A stretch of DNA of 59,816 nt from Methanobacteriota archaeon (GCA_043806635.1 JAZDGT010000013.1:1-59816); one strand, 5' to 3'; shown: positions 49,483 to 59,565, counted from the first letter of the stretch. Notes: generated by a model from the letters alone, not told the origin. Program-made: numbers and translations.

Positions 49483-51211
49483 AATACGCGTTCAGCACGT
49501 ACTGCTGAATCATCCGGCTCGTGTTAAAAAACGACGCATTAATCGCGATACAGCTCCGCATCGTCCGAATCCAGTTTTCCCGGTCATGATAAAACTTCGG
49601 CATAATCAAATGCTCAAGTTTCTCATATAAATCATTCCGATCACAGTCATCATCAGACTCTCGCTCATTGGATTTCCTCGACCCGATCGCCCACCCAGTA
49701 ATATTTTCAATACGACCCTCAATCCACCAGCCATCCAGCGTGCTGAACTGCGGCACACCATTATGCGCAGCCTTCATCCCCGACGTCCCCGACGCTTCTT
49801 GCGGCCGTCGCGGCGTATTCAACCACAGGTCCACACCAGCAGTCATCATCTTCGCAATCGCCATATCATAATTATGAATATAGACGATCTTCACTTTCCC
49901 TTGAATACTTTTCATGATCGAAAAAATCTTCTTAATCGTATCCTTCCCGGTGCCATCCTTCGGATGCGCCTTCCCCGCGTAAATGATTTGGATCTGCCCC
50001 GCCTTCTCCGCAAGAGCCATCAGACGCTGCGGATCAGAGATCAACAGATCAGGCCGTTTATATGCAGTCTGCCTCCGAGCAAACCCGATCGTGAACGGCT
50101 CATACGTCATCCCTACATTATACCGACTGTTAATGAAATCAATAAGCTTTTTTTTCGCTTCCATATGAGCGTCCCAGATCTCCTGTTTATCCATACCAAA
50201 CGCGGCACGTAAAGAATACGAGTCAGTACGCCACCCCGAGATGTATTTATCAAACAACCGCTGGAACGGTTCACACACCCACGTGGCGGAATGAACACCA
50301 TTCGTGATCGAATCAATAGAATACCCGGGGAACATCATCCGCGACACCTCACCATGCTTCTTCGCAACCCCGTTCACATAATGACTGAAAAAAAGCGCAA
50401 GACGCGTCATATTCAACTTATTCTCATACGTGACATCCTGCAACAAAGAATCAGGCATCATATCACCCAGCATCGATTTCGCAAGACCCATGTCGAACTG
50501 ATCATGCCCTGATGCTACGGGGGTATGCGTCGTGAACACGCATTGTTCTCGTACTTTTTCAATATCCCTAAATCTGCGGAACAACTCCAACGTCCCTAAC
50601 GCGGCATGCCCCTCATTCATATGATACTTATCAATAGATGAATACCCAAGTGCATGCAACGCACGTACACCACCAACACCAAGAATAATTTCTTGTGAGA
50701 GACGATACTTGTTATCACCACCATACAAATACTTCGTTATCTCTCGATCAACAGCAGCGTTCTCCTCAAGGTTCGTATCAAGGAAAAACACGGGAATCAT
50801 ATAGTTGTTAATCCCTTTCACGAGATAATACCAAATCTGAATATTCACGGTTCGATTCTCGATCTTCACCTGAGTCTTACTCGGTAGTAACGTCAGAAAA
50901 TCGCTGATGTTAAAATTAAACGGGAGCTCAATCTGGTTTCCTTCCGCATCAAGTTTTTGGTAAAAATATCCTTTCTCAGAGAGTAACGTCATCCCAATGA
51001 TAGGCACGTTCAGATCTGCGCAGGATTTTAACGTATCACCAGCAAGAATACCTAACCCGCCACTGTAGGTTGGGATGTGTTCATCGATGCCGATCTCCAT
51101 CGAAAAATACGCTATTTTTGGTTTCCCCGTCGATTTTAAACCATTATTTCCTAGATCTGCCTTCAATTGAATCGTAGACGTTTCCTCCATGCTCTCCATC
51201 CACCTTCTCAT
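49475..51211 (-). CDS. glgP: Alpha-glucan (glycogen/maltodextrin) phosphorylase, GT35
   Basis: AYFSMEIG, YSGGLGILAGD, NEGH, FARR..YKR, EASGTSGMKA. Confidence 0.93.
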   Translation of the reverse strand: MRRWMESMEETSTIQLKADLGNNGLKSTGKPKIAYFSMEIGIDEHIPTYSGGLGILAGDTLKSCADLNVPIIGMTLLSEKGYFYQKLDAEGNQIELPFNFNISDFLTLLPSKTQVKIENRTVNIQIWYYLVKGINNYMIPVFFLDTNLEENAAVDREITKYLYGGDNKYRLSQEIILGVGGVRALHALGYSSIDKYHMNEGHAALGTLELFRRFRDIEKVREQCVFTTHTPVASGHDQFDMGLAKSMLGDMMPDSLLQDVTYENKLNMTRLALFFSHYVNGVAKKHGEVSRMMFPGYSIDSITNGVHSATWVCEPFQRLFDKYISGWRTDSYSLRAAFGMDKQEIWDAHMEAKKKLIDFINSRYNVGMTYEPFTIGFARRQTAYKRPDLLISDPQRLMALAEKAGQIQIIYAGKAHPKDGTGKDTIKKIFSIMKSIQGKVKIVYIHNYDMAIAKMMTAGVDLWLNTPRRPQEASGTSGMKAAHNGVPQFSTLDGWWIEGRIENITGWAIGSRKSNERESDDDCDRNDLYEKLEHLIMPKFYHDRENWIRTMRSCIAINASFFNTSRMIQQYVLNAYFM

Positions 51212-51325
51212 ACGTTGTTTATACTATAAATACTGTATTATTAGCAGACCGGAACGACATAGTAGTTTATCTTTTTTTTCAATCATTTCAACTATATTAC
51301 ATGAATAAATCAACAACAGAGGATA

Positions 51326-51634
51326 TCAGGTGTACATGATGCCGTCGTATTCTTTCGGTTCATATTTTTTCTGCATCCGACGATGTTTCACTGGTTTTTT
51401 TTGTTGTTTTCTGCCGACAAAACAGAAATCATGTCGCATGAGTCTAATATATATTGTGTCTGGTAATTGGTCTAACCGGACGATGCCTTTTGTCTGTAGT
51501 TTTTTAAGCTCCCGTAGGAGAAGCGGTTTAGCTACCCGTAACTCCTTCTGTAAATCGTTCAGGGTTACCGGATACTTTTTTTGTAAGATTTTTATGATCT
51601 GCCCTTCTAATGATCCTGCTGTAATCTCGATCAT
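51326..51634 (-). CDS. Small winged-helix protein
   Basis: PVTLNDLQKELRV..LLRELKKLQTKGIVRL HTH-wing; basic tail. Confidence 0.7.
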   Translation of the reverse strand: MIEITAGSLEGQIIKILQKKYPVTLNDLQKELRVAKPLLLRELKKLQTKGIVRLDQLPDTIYIRLMRHDFCFVGRKQQKKPVKHRRMQKKYEPKEYDGIMYT

Positions 51635-51691
51635 ATACATCAACTGTTAACGCAGAAGCATCTGCTCTCTGCTCCTATTTTTCTCAGGGTT

Positions 51692-52786
51692 TTATTGATA
51701 TGACCGTTGATTATCTTTTGTTATAACGAGTTGTTTAGATTCTCTCTCAGAATATAAAGATAATTCAGTGAATGCATCAGCGGTGATGGTGATCGAAGAG
51801 CTGTACACCCATGAAATACCAGATAATGAGAGATTCAAGGACTCATTACTTCCTTCATCGACAAAAAGCCTCAGGTGAAACGCGTTTTCAACCCCGAAGT
51901 TCTGATGCACCTCAGCCTGTAAGGTTGCAACACCTGCGCATTCAACGGGTACCCACCCGTTGTTCCCCATACCGCCGCCGACGAACACCTCGACCCACGC
52001 ATGAGGACCTGCGACTGCATCACCTTGGTTTGATTCTATGAGATAACCCCGGATGAACCGTGCAGGTATACCCAGTGAGCGACAGAGGGAAATATACAGG
52101 AATGAGAGATCATCACAGTCCCCGGTCCTGAGTATAAAGGTTTCTGAGGCAGGTTGAACCACGGACTCACTCTCATGAAGACGGTACTCAGTGTTTTGTT
52201 TTAACCAGACAAATATCGCCTGCGCGAGTACAAACGCGTTCTTACTCTCTGATTGGTTATAAATGCGACGTGCAGTATCCTGGATATCTGGTTGATACGG
52301 GTCTATATATCGTGTTTCGTCGATTGCTTGTAATCCGCAATACTGCATCACCAGGGTAGGATGTTGAGAGGGAATTTGCTCGAGGGTTAACGCGTTTTTT
52401 CCAGTCAGGTCTGAGACAAGGTAACTTCGTGCGACCACCGAGGTCGTCACCCCTAACTCGTACGTGTTCGCAGAGGAACCGTTGATGTCCCAGACAATTC
52501 GTTTATTTCCACCTACCATGATTTCTTGATACTCGCCGGGGTACAGGATGGTGACTGGGGTTACCTCACCCTGAAGAACCTGTGGTGTATCACACGCAAA
52601 ATGAATCGAATACGAACCGGTACCTGCTACGGAAAGGTTATACCCGTATCGGATCGTGTATTGAATTGCTGTTGGATAGGATTCATACCGGGTTGAATCA
52701 TCAAACACGATATCCATGCATCCCGTGGTTAGGAGAGTAATAATGACGACACCGATCAACAGAAACGACACAATTTCTTTTTGCAT
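51692..52786 (-). CDS. Lipoprotein-like transglutaminase/cysteine-protease domain protein
   Basis: Lipobox-like LLTTGC; GDCDD..LCRSLGIPARFIRG; HAWVEVF; WVPVE. Confidence 0.85.
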   Translation of the reverse strand: MQKEIVSFLLIGVVIITLLTTGCMDIVFDDSTRYESYPTAIQYTIRYGYNLSVAGTGSYSIHFACDTPQVLQGEVTPVTILYPGEYQEIMVGGNKRIVWDINGSSANTYELGVTTSVVARSYLVSDLTGKNALTLEQIPSQHPTLVMQYCGLQAIDETRYIDPYQPDIQDTARRIYNQSESKNAFVLAQAIFVWLKQNTEYRLHESESVVQPASETFILRTGDCDDLSFLYISLCRSLGIPARFIRGYLIESNQGDAVAGPHAWVEVFVGGGMGNNGWVPVECAGVATLQAEVHQNFGVENAFHLRLFVDEGSNESLNLSLSGISWVYSSSITITADAFTELSLYSERESKQLVITKDNQRSYQ

Positions 52787-52797
52787 ACGCCCCTAGG

Positions 52798-54666
52798 TTA
52801 TCTCCTAAAAATTTTTATTTTTTTACTATGCGTATTCCGGTACGCGCATCCGTTACTCATTGGGCATTGAGGGCACTCTGGGTTTGACTCATGACAAAAA
52901 TCTTCTCCAAGACGTGCTAACGACTCTAGATACTGATACACGTTCTCCTTCATTTTTTCTGCTTCTTTTGTTAAGAACTGTATTGTTTTTTCTGGGTCAT
53001 CATAGGATACCCAGCCGAGTCGTTTCGCAACCCTATTCACCTGGGTGGCTTTCGTTGTCACAGTGTTCTTCGATGGTGACGTGCTTGATTGCGGTTTTGT
53101 GATTGATGATGGCGGTGCTTCACTGGGGAGGTCACCCCGTTCCTGGGGGTTAGGCATCTTTGGTATCTTCGAAGGACTATAATCATCCCCGTCTTTGAAT
53201 ACGGTCACTGATTTCCCGCCATGGCTGGTTTCTCGGGTACGTATCTCCGCCATAACCGGTATCTGCAACGATGCACCAGAGATTAATGCAACACCAATAG
53301 GGAGCCGCTGGATCTCCTCATATGTCTGATGCGTCAGCCCTTCAACCGACTGAATAATTGCTTTCAGATCATTTGGGTTCGTGACCTTCAAAATAATATT
53401 CGTGTTACATTGAGAGATGATGTTTTTGTCAATCTTCGCAGGACGTTGACTCACCACACAGAGACCCATACCGAACTTCCGCCCCTCAGATGCCACTGTC
53501 CGAAGAACATTGGAGGACACCGCACGACCTAGCCCGTGCTCAGGACAATAATTATGTGCCTCCTCAACAACCAGGAGGAATGGTGGGATTTTCCCTGCCT
53601 TCCGGGTTTCAAACAACTCCTTGGTCAACCGTGCCACGACGACATCTTGCACATCAGGCGGTACACCCTTCATATTAATGAGTGAGCATAATCCTTTCTT
53701 GACGACATCCTGCGCAGGAGTCCCCTGTTCAGAGAAAATACCGATTGAATCAAGTGATTCTAATGAGGCGATCACGTTCCATCGGGCGTTACTTTTACTC
53801 CGGTTCACGGTATCGATGATATCACGCATGGTGTACGTTTGTTTGAATTCTTTGATTTCTTTTATCGCCTGGTATAAGACGCCGATTTGCGGGCCGGATA
53901 GTTTCGCAGAGAGGAGATCAATGATTTCGCGTGCTTCAAGGTTCATCCCGTTCAATGTGAGATGTTTCGCATTGGGTTTCCCGCCGATGGGTGAATACTC
54001 TTGGATTTGACTTGCGTAATCTCTTGGTTTTACGTTGAATCTTGTCATGTTTTTTTGGTCTTTCTTCTCTTTGTTGGGTGATTCCAGAGACGAGTATTCT
54101 CCGTGGGTGTCGATGATGACGAGAGGGATTTTCTTTTTCAGGAGTTCTTCGACGAGGACGCCGCAAGCGTAGCTTTTTCCTCCACCTGTCTTGGCAAGGA
54201 TGCAGATGTGTTTCTGCACCATCGCATCGATGTTGAGGTAGACGGGGAGGGTGTGTCCTTTGAGGAGTCCGATGTAGGCACCGCTTTCTTTATCAGAGTG
54301 TAACCCAAGGATATGTCGAATGAAAGTTTCTTCTGCGTTGGTGATCCGACTCCCTGATTCGAAGGGTGATCGTGGGACTTGGAGTTGTCCTTTGTCATCT
54401 CGGTAACCTATGACTCCTGCGTATGCGGAGAGGTCACTGTGGACGCTGGGGAGATCACCAGTGCTTTTGAACGTTTTAGCATCATCAAAAGAGAGGTCAG
54501 AGAAGCGTTTGATATCGAGGACTTGAGCAAGAATATAGCCTTCTTTGTGGGGGGCAGCAACGTAATCGAATTTCCGTAGATTGCGATCATCTACCGTAAA
54601 GTTGAACTCGTTTGATCCGACATCACCGTAGATAATACCTACGCCGTTATTCTTCTGTTGTGGCAT
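52798..54666 (-). CDS. HerA/FtsK-family ATPase (HAS barrel + DUF87) with C-terminal endonuclease III-type Fe-S domain
   Basis: HICILAKTGGGKS, IIDTHGEY, VVEEAH, EGRKFG, SQRP; C-terminal C-x6-C-x2-C-x5-C. Confidence 0.88.
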   Translation of the reverse strand: MPQQKNNGVGIIYGDVGSNEFNFTVDDRNLRKFDYVAAPHKEGYILAQVLDIKRFSDLSFDDAKTFKSTGDLPSVHSDLSAYAGVIGYRDDKGQLQVPRSPFESGSRITNAEETFIRHILGLHSDKESGAYIGLLKGHTLPVYLNIDAMVQKHICILAKTGGGKSYACGVLVEELLKKKIPLVIIDTHGEYSSLESPNKEKKDQKNMTRFNVKPRDYASQIQEYSPIGGKPNAKHLTLNGMNLEAREIIDLLSAKLSGPQIGVLYQAIKEIKEFKQTYTMRDIIDTVNRSKSNARWNVIASLESLDSIGIFSEQGTPAQDVVKKGLCSLINMKGVPPDVQDVVVARLTKELFETRKAGKIPPFLLVVEEAHNYCPEHGLGRAVSSNVLRTVASEGRKFGMGLCVVSQRPAKIDKNIISQCNTNIILKVTNPNDLKAIIQSVEGLTHQTYEEIQRLPIGVALISGASLQIPVMAEIRTRETSHGGKSVTVFKDGDDYSPSKIPKMPNPQERGDLPSEAPPSSITKPQSSTSPSKNTVTTKATQVNRVAKRLGWVSYDDPEKTIQFLTKEAEKMKENVYQYLESLARLGEDFCHESNPECPQCPMSNGCAYRNTHSKKIKIFRR

Positions 54667-54705
54667 CCAGAACCCCTTGTACTGCAGACATATAACGCGT
54701 GGTTA

Positions 54706-55515
54706 TTATAGTTTTTGTATTTTTTTAGCGGTTTCTTCAGGCAAACCCGCGAATGAGGTGAGGGCTTGGATCTCCATGAAATGGAGTTCTCCGGGGACGA
54801 CGAGGGTGTGGAGTGGTGGCCCGAACTGCTTCTTTATTAAACGGGAGATGGTATCTGCTGCGAGTATCATATCTGCTGAGCCTGCTCGTGCGACAACGCA
54901 GACGATGCGCTGTTCGTTCAGTATGTGTTCTTTTTTTTCTTGTTCCATTCTGAGTAAGAGGTTGAGTCCTTCATGGGCGGTCATGTACTGGTTCTTTTCT
55001 GCTTGGATATCGAGGAGGACGAGGGTGTGTAATCCCATCTGTGTGTTGTCTTTTATTACGGTATATGGGCTGGTTGGAAAATAGTTTTTTTCAGGGAAGG
55101 GGAGCGTGGTGGTCCTCCCAAATTTATAATTTTGTAAGCCTAACAGGCCGGGGACTGCGGTCATAATACTACTATTATGAATGATGTTCGTGACGATTCC
55201 ACGTTCCCTGGCGCGTAATCGTAAATCTATGTGGGTGGTCGCCATCATCGGGTCTCCTCCGATGAGGAGTGCAACGGTTTTTTTCTCTGCCTCGTCGAGA
55301 AGAGCTGTTGCGTTTTCGATATCCTGTCGTGATAGAATCGTGATTTTTTTCTTAATTTTTTTTTCTAACGCGGGGATGGCGGTGTTGGTGAGTCGTGAAG
55401 TGTAGAACTCCGCGTAAATAGTATCACAGTGTTTGATTTCTTCAAGTCCTTTGAGGGTGATGTCGTTTTCGTCGTGGAGTCCTAGGCCGATGAAGAGGAG
55501 TCGTCCTTTTGTCAT
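54706..55515 (-). CDS. dph5: Diphthine synthase
   Basis: LFIGLGL, YAEFYTS, GDPMMATTH, GLQNYKFGRT, GLHTLVLLDI, GPPLHTLVVPG. Confidence 0.95.
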   Translation of the reverse strand: MTKGRLLFIGLGLHDENDITLKGLEEIKHCDTIYAEFYTSRLTNTAIPALEKKIKKKITILSRQDIENATALLDEAEKKTVALLIGGDPMMATTHIDLRLRARERGIVTNIIHNSSIMTAVPGLLGLQNYKFGRTTTLPFPEKNYFPTSPYTVIKDNTQMGLHTLVLLDIQAEKNQYMTAHEGLNLLLRMEQEKKEHILNEQRIVCVVARAGSADMILAADTISRLIKKQFGPPLHTLVVPGELHFMEIQALTSFAGLPEETAKKIQKL

Positions 55516-55803
55516 GGGGTGTTCACGAGGTATCATGATTTCGTGGGTCTAGAAAAATGTTTGTTTTCTATGTGAATTATTTCGAAATCTTTAAAATCAA
55601 TAAAACGATATCAGTATTGGGGAGACAACTACCGGCTCTTTTTTAACCATTTTTCTGTCTATTTATTAATCTCTTTTTATATTGGGTCTCTATATGTCTA
55701 AGATATGGTGTTATATACTCCTGAGCGGCAATGTTTCGCAAGGAGGAAAATAAGGAAAGATTTAAATTCTCTGATATCTATTCCGTATCTGGAGGTAAAA
55801 ATT

Positions 55804-55989
55804 ATGGCATATAAACACGAAGGATGGACTTTGTACACCCGGGATGTGAAACTGAAAGGCGGAAGAAACCAAACAATCTATTTCTTTAGCAAGAGATCAC
55901 CGAAGAGTGGAACCCCCTGCGAATTACCGAATGGGTACGCTGTTGGTGTGAACAAGCGAACTGGCCTTCCTTATCTGAAAAAGAGGTAA
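55804..55989 (+). CDS. 61-aa basic beta-rich protein of unknown function
   Basis: GGAGGT SD, TTTAAA TATA, T-rich terminator; MAYKHEGWTLYTRDVKLKGGRNQTIYFF..ELPNGY..NKRTGLPYLKKR. Confidence 0.8.
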   Translation: MAYKHEGWTLYTRDVKLKGGRNQTIYFFSKRSPKSGTPCELPNGYAVGVNKRTGLPYLKKR

Positions 55990-56072
55990 ATATTTACCTC
56001 TCTTTTTTTATTTTTTATTAGGGCACGTTTTTTTCGTAGGGTTTTTGTATCCCCTGTTGGTTGATTGGTTGT

Positions 56073-56405
56073 ATGGTGCGAAGAACAGCAAAGGAGAAAT
56101 CAGCGAATAAAAAAATAGCAATCGTGCGTATCACTCGTTTGTTTCGTCTTGCTGAGTATTATGCGATGTGTGGGCGTATGAATCTGGCTGATCGGTATGT
56201 GGCGTTAGCGCGGAAGATTTCCATGCGGTATCTTGTTTCGATTCCCGCTGAGTTTAAACGGTGTTATTGTACGCATTGTTATCGGTATTTGTTGCCGGGG
56301 GTGACTGGGCGGGTGCGCGTGCATCGGGGGCGTTTGATTATTTCTTGTTTGCGATGTCATGGGCGTACTCGAATGCCTTTGCGGCGTCGTTCAATGGTTT
56401 CCTAA
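56073..56405 (+). CDS. rnp4: RNase P protein component 4 (Rpp21)
   Basis: IAIVRITRLF, RYVALARKISMR, KRCYCTHC..L.PG, CLRC..R.P. Confidence 0.9.
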   Translation: MVRRTAKEKSANKKIAIVRITRLFRLAEYYAMCGRMNLADRYVALARKISMRYLVSIPAEFKRCYCTHCYRYLLPGVTGRVRVHRGRLIISCLRCHGRTRMPLRRRSMVS

Positions 56406-56504
56406 GGATAAAACTGGTCTGGTGTTGGCATCCGCTAGGCTTAAATAACTTATGGTTTATTACCGTTACCCGTTTCATACCTATACATATAGGAAGAGAA
56501 CCCT

Positions 56505-56957
56505 ATGACAACAACATATGACATCCCTGCAAAGGATTTGATTGATGCGTTGCATAAGAAGTTACAGAATGAGAAAGCAGTAGCTCCGCCAGAGTGGAGT
56601 AAGTATGTACGCACTGGTGTTCATACGGAGAAGTCTCCTGTGGATAAGAACTGGTGGTATACTCGTTGTGCTTCTGTTCTGCGGAAGATTTATATTTCTA
56701 ATGGTATCGGTGTTCAGCGTCTCCGTGAGGAGTACGGCGGGTATCGTGATCGTGGGTCGAAACCGAACCGGGCGCGTGCTGGGAGCGGTGCGATCATACG
56801 AACCATGGTTCAGCAACTAGAGGAAGCAGGGTATGTGATGACGATTAGAGGGAAAGGCCGGGTCCTGACTGGTAAGGGTAGGTCTTTTCTTGATAATACT
56901 GCTCATGAAGTCATGCAGGGTCTCTTAACCGTGCATCCTGAGCTTAAAAAATATTAA
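56505..56957 (+). CDS. rps19e: 30S ribosomal protein S19e
   Basis: MTTTYDIPA, PEWSKYVRTG, WWYTRCASVLRK, GSGAIIR..QQLE. Confidence 0.97.
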   Translation: MTTTYDIPAKDLIDALHKKLQNEKAVAPPEWSKYVRTGVHTEKSPVDKNWWYTRCASVLRKIYISNGIGVQRLREEYGGYRDRGSKPNRARAGSGAIIRTMVQQLEEAGYVMTIRGKGRVLTGKGRSFLDNTAHEVMQGLLTVHPELKKY

Positions 56958-57020
56958 GAAGGCCTCATGATTAAATAGCACTGATTGGTATAGGAAAAGG
57001 ATAGGAGGCTTTGATTGAGT

Positions 57021-57359
57021 ATGGATGATGAGTTGGAGGCGTTACGGAAGAAACGGTTGCAGCAGCTCCAACAGCAGCAGTTCCTCTCTCAGGATTCGTT
57101 TGATGAGCAGGCGGATCAGCAGAAAGAGCAGGATAAACAGCGACAACAGATCCTACGGGCGATCCTAACCACCAAAGCGCGGGAGCGTCTTGGGAATATC
57201 AAGGTTGCTCGTCCTGAGATTGCGGAGAATATCGAGAATCAGTTGATAATGCTCGCGCAGAATGGACGATTACAAAGCAAAATAAATGATGAACAACTAC
57301 GGGAGTTACTCTCACGGATACTCCCCCGGAAGAAAGATATCACGATACGGAGAAGGTGA
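57021..57359 (+). CDS. PDCD5/TFAR19-like DNA-binding protein
   Basis: [36 protein letters not shown]. Confidence 0.92.
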   Translation: MDDELEALRKKRLQQLQQQQFLSQDSFDEQADQQKEQDKQRQQILRAILTTKARERLGNIKVARPEIAENIENQLIMLAQNGRLQSKINDEQLRELLSRILPRKKDITIRRR

Positions 57360-57366
57360 AAAGAAG

Positions 57367-57525
57367 ATGGCTAGTCATAAAACACTCGGTAAAAAACTCA
57401 GATTAATGAAGGCGACCAAGAGTAATCGACGGGTCCCTGCATGGATTATGATTCGTACGAACCGGCGGTTCACCCGGCATCCGAAGATGCGGAACTGGCG
57501 GCGGAATAAACTGAAGATAGGCTGA
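57367..57525 (+). CDS. rpl39e: 50S ribosomal protein L39e
   Basis: [31 protein letters not shown]. Confidence 0.96.
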   Translation: MASHKTLGKKLRLMKATKSNRRVPAWIMIRTNRRFTRHPKMRNWRRNKLKIG

Positions 57526-57534
57526 TGAGAAAGT

Positions 57535-58158
57535 ATGGCTGAAGAAACCAAAGAGATTGAACGGATTTATGTTATTCCTCTTACCAAAGTGAAACAGAGT
57601 CGGTATACGAATGCTGCGCCGAAGGCGATTAAAGCAGTTCGGAAATTTCTCATCCGACACATGAAAGTGACGGAGGAGAACGTCTGGATTGACGACTCTG
57701 TGAACCAGGCAATCTGGTCGCGGGGGAAATACAAGATCCCCAGCTCCATCCGAGTTCGTGCGGTAAAATTTGAGGATGGCGTTGTGGAGGCATCGATCCC
57801 TGAGCTCGGATTAAAGACATCTCGACGTGAACTCTTGAAGGAGGAGCGGGAGAAGAAAGAACCGATCCTACGGAAAGAGGAAGCAGAGAAACCCGCGGAA
57901 GGAGAAATCTCTGGGACTGAGGGTGTCAAGGTCGTCCCCACTGGTGAAGGTAAAGTCAAGGTGAAGAAAAAGAAAGCACCGAAAGAAGAAAAAGAAGAGA
58001 CTGCAGCGGAGAAAAAGGAGAAGCCGGCTGCGAAAAAGAAGAAAACCATGAAAGAGAAACCGGAGAAACCGGCTGCGAAGAAGAAATCTGCGAAGAAAAC
58101 CGAGAAACCTGCTTCGAAATCGAAACGGAAGCCTTCGACGTCAAAAAAAGAAAAGTGA
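57535..58158 (+). CDS. rpl31e: 50S ribosomal protein L31e with long Lys/Glu/Ala-rich C-terminal extension
   Basis: ERIYVIPL, APKAIKAVRKFL.RHMK, VNQAIWSRG..P..IRV. Confidence 0.93.
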   Translation: MAEETKEIERIYVIPLTKVKQSRYTNAAPKAIKAVRKFLIRHMKVTEENVWIDDSVNQAIWSRGKYKIPSSIRVRAVKFEDGVVEASIPELGLKTSRRELLKEEREKKEPILRKEEAEKPAEGEISGTEGVKVVPTGEGKVKVKKKKAPKEEKEETAAEKKEKPAAKKKKTMKEKPEKPAAKKKSAKKTEKPASKSKRKPSTSKKEK

Positions 58159-58165
58159 CCAGGGT

Positions 58166-58831
58166 ATGCTTCAGCTATTGGATTTCAATGAGAATCCTAA
58201 TCTAGGGGTGTACTGCCGGGCGAATGACTCGGTAGTTTTTGTGCAGAAACAACTCGGTAAAAAAATTGAGAAACAGATCGCGGAAACCCTTGGTGTGAAG
58301 GTTGTTGGACTCAGTATTTATGATGCCACCATTATCGGTTCGCTTCTGGTGATGAACTCCTCTGGTGCTATCGTGACTGATTTTGCTGATAAGGGAACCA
58401 TTAAGACGATTGAGGCTGAGGGATTCCGTGTGTATGTGATTAAGGATATCATTAACGCTGCGGGGAACGATATCCTGGTGAATGATACGGGGGCGTTGGT
58501 GCATCCGGAGATCCGTGATCCGACGATAAGAACGATTGAGAAAACACTTGGTGTGCCTGTGTCTCGGGGGACGATTGCGGGGTTATCCACGGTGGGTATG
58601 GCTGCTGTTGTTACAAACAAGGGGTGTTTGTGTCATCCGAAGGTGACGGATGATGAGAAACAGGTGTTGCATGACGTGTTCGGTGTTGAGGTGATGATTG
58701 GGACGGTGAATCATGGGTTCCCGATGATTGGGAGTGGGTTGGTGGCGAATAGTAAGGGTGCGATTATTGGGAATCAGACGACGGGTATTGAGATGGGTCG
58801 GATTGAGGAAGCACTCGGGTTTTTACCATAG
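58166..58831 (+). CDS. eif6: Translation initiation factor 6 (aIF6)
   Basis: NLGVYCRAND, GNDILVND.GALVHP, GTVNHG..IGSGLVANS.G, TTGIE. Confidence 0.96.
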   Translation: MLQLLDFNENPNLGVYCRANDSVVFVQKQLGKKIEKQIAETLGVKVVGLSIYDATIIGSLLVMNSSGAIVTDFADKGTIKTIEAEGFRVYVIKDIINAAGNDILVNDTGALVHPEIRDPTIRTIEKTLGVPVSRGTIAGLSTVGMAAVVTNKGCLCHPKVTDDEKQVLHDVFGVEVMIGTVNHGFPMIGSGLVANSKGAIIGNQTTGIEMGRIEEALGFLP

Positions 58832-58939
58832 ATAAAAAAGAAGTGTTATACCTACTGCCTTTAATCTACTCCAAATTCTCTTCATGTTTTGTTTCCTCTC
58901 CCCACGTTTCAAAGTTTACTACTTAAATTTTATATTTTT

Positions 58940-59188
58940 TCAACTTCCTCCAAGATTAAGCCATATATTTGCATAAAACCATACGAACAAGCGGATAAGA
59001 ATAAAAATTAATGTCTCAAGCCAATATCCAGGATAATCGCCAAGATTCAAACTTTTAAGCTTTTCAAAAAAAATCTCACTAATAACATTTGTTTTAATTG
59101 TTTGTGCATTACCAACTGTGGGAAACACCATCATTAATAAAATAATCACTGCTCCAATGCTTCCCCCAACTACTACAATTTTTTTCAT
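58940..59188 (-). CDS. Small AT-rich secreted/membrane protein
   Basis: MKKIVVVGGSIGAVIILLMMVFPTVGNA signal plus C-terminal hydrophobic helix. Confidence 0.6.
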   Translation of the reverse strand: MKKIVVVGGSIGAVIILLMMVFPTVGNAQTIKTNVISEIFFEKLKSLNLGDYPGYWLETLIFILIRLFVWFYANIWLNLGGS

Positions 59189-59205
59189 AGACCAATACTC
59201 TTTTT

Positions 59206-59565
59206 TTACATTATCATAACAAAACAACCAATGATATACCCATATTTTATCAACCGCCCCTGCCCGGTATCCCCTGGATCAAGCAGGACTGATATCTCAG
59301 AAAAAATAGCTATAGGATAAACAGACCGTCTCGCTGAACTACCATAGGAGCAATACACAACACCTTCGAGAACAGAACGCCCCGTCCTAATCGTATAATT
59401 CACAGTCACATTATAAGGAGTATCATTTTTTACAAAAAAGTGAACACCAAAACCCCCATGCATTCTCATCACAACAGCAGCATCGCTCTCCTGTATCTCA
59501 GCAAGAGTACATGTAGGAAAGACACACAATATTACAATAAAACATATAATACCAATCCTTCTCAT
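59206..59565 (-). CDS. Small secreted hypothetical protein
   Basis: MRRIGIICFIVILCVFP signal; GGFGVHF; C-terminal GYIIGCFV. Confidence 0.6.
   Translation of the reverse strand: MRRIGIICFIVILCVFPTCTLAEIQESDAAVVMRMHGGFGVHFFVKNDTPYNVTVNYTIRTGRSVLEGVVYCSYGSSARRSVYPIAIFSEISVLLDPGDTGQGRLIKYGYIIGCFVMIM

Noticed and set aside
44031-51211. Glycogen cluster as a novel system
   Set aside because: GT4-GH57-GT4-GH133 plus GT35 is a familiar archaeal and bacterial arrangement.
57990-58140. Repeated GAGAAACCGGCTGCGAA-like units suggesting a repeat array
   Set aside because: They encode the low-complexity L31e tail and have no regular spacers, so this is not a CRISPR array.
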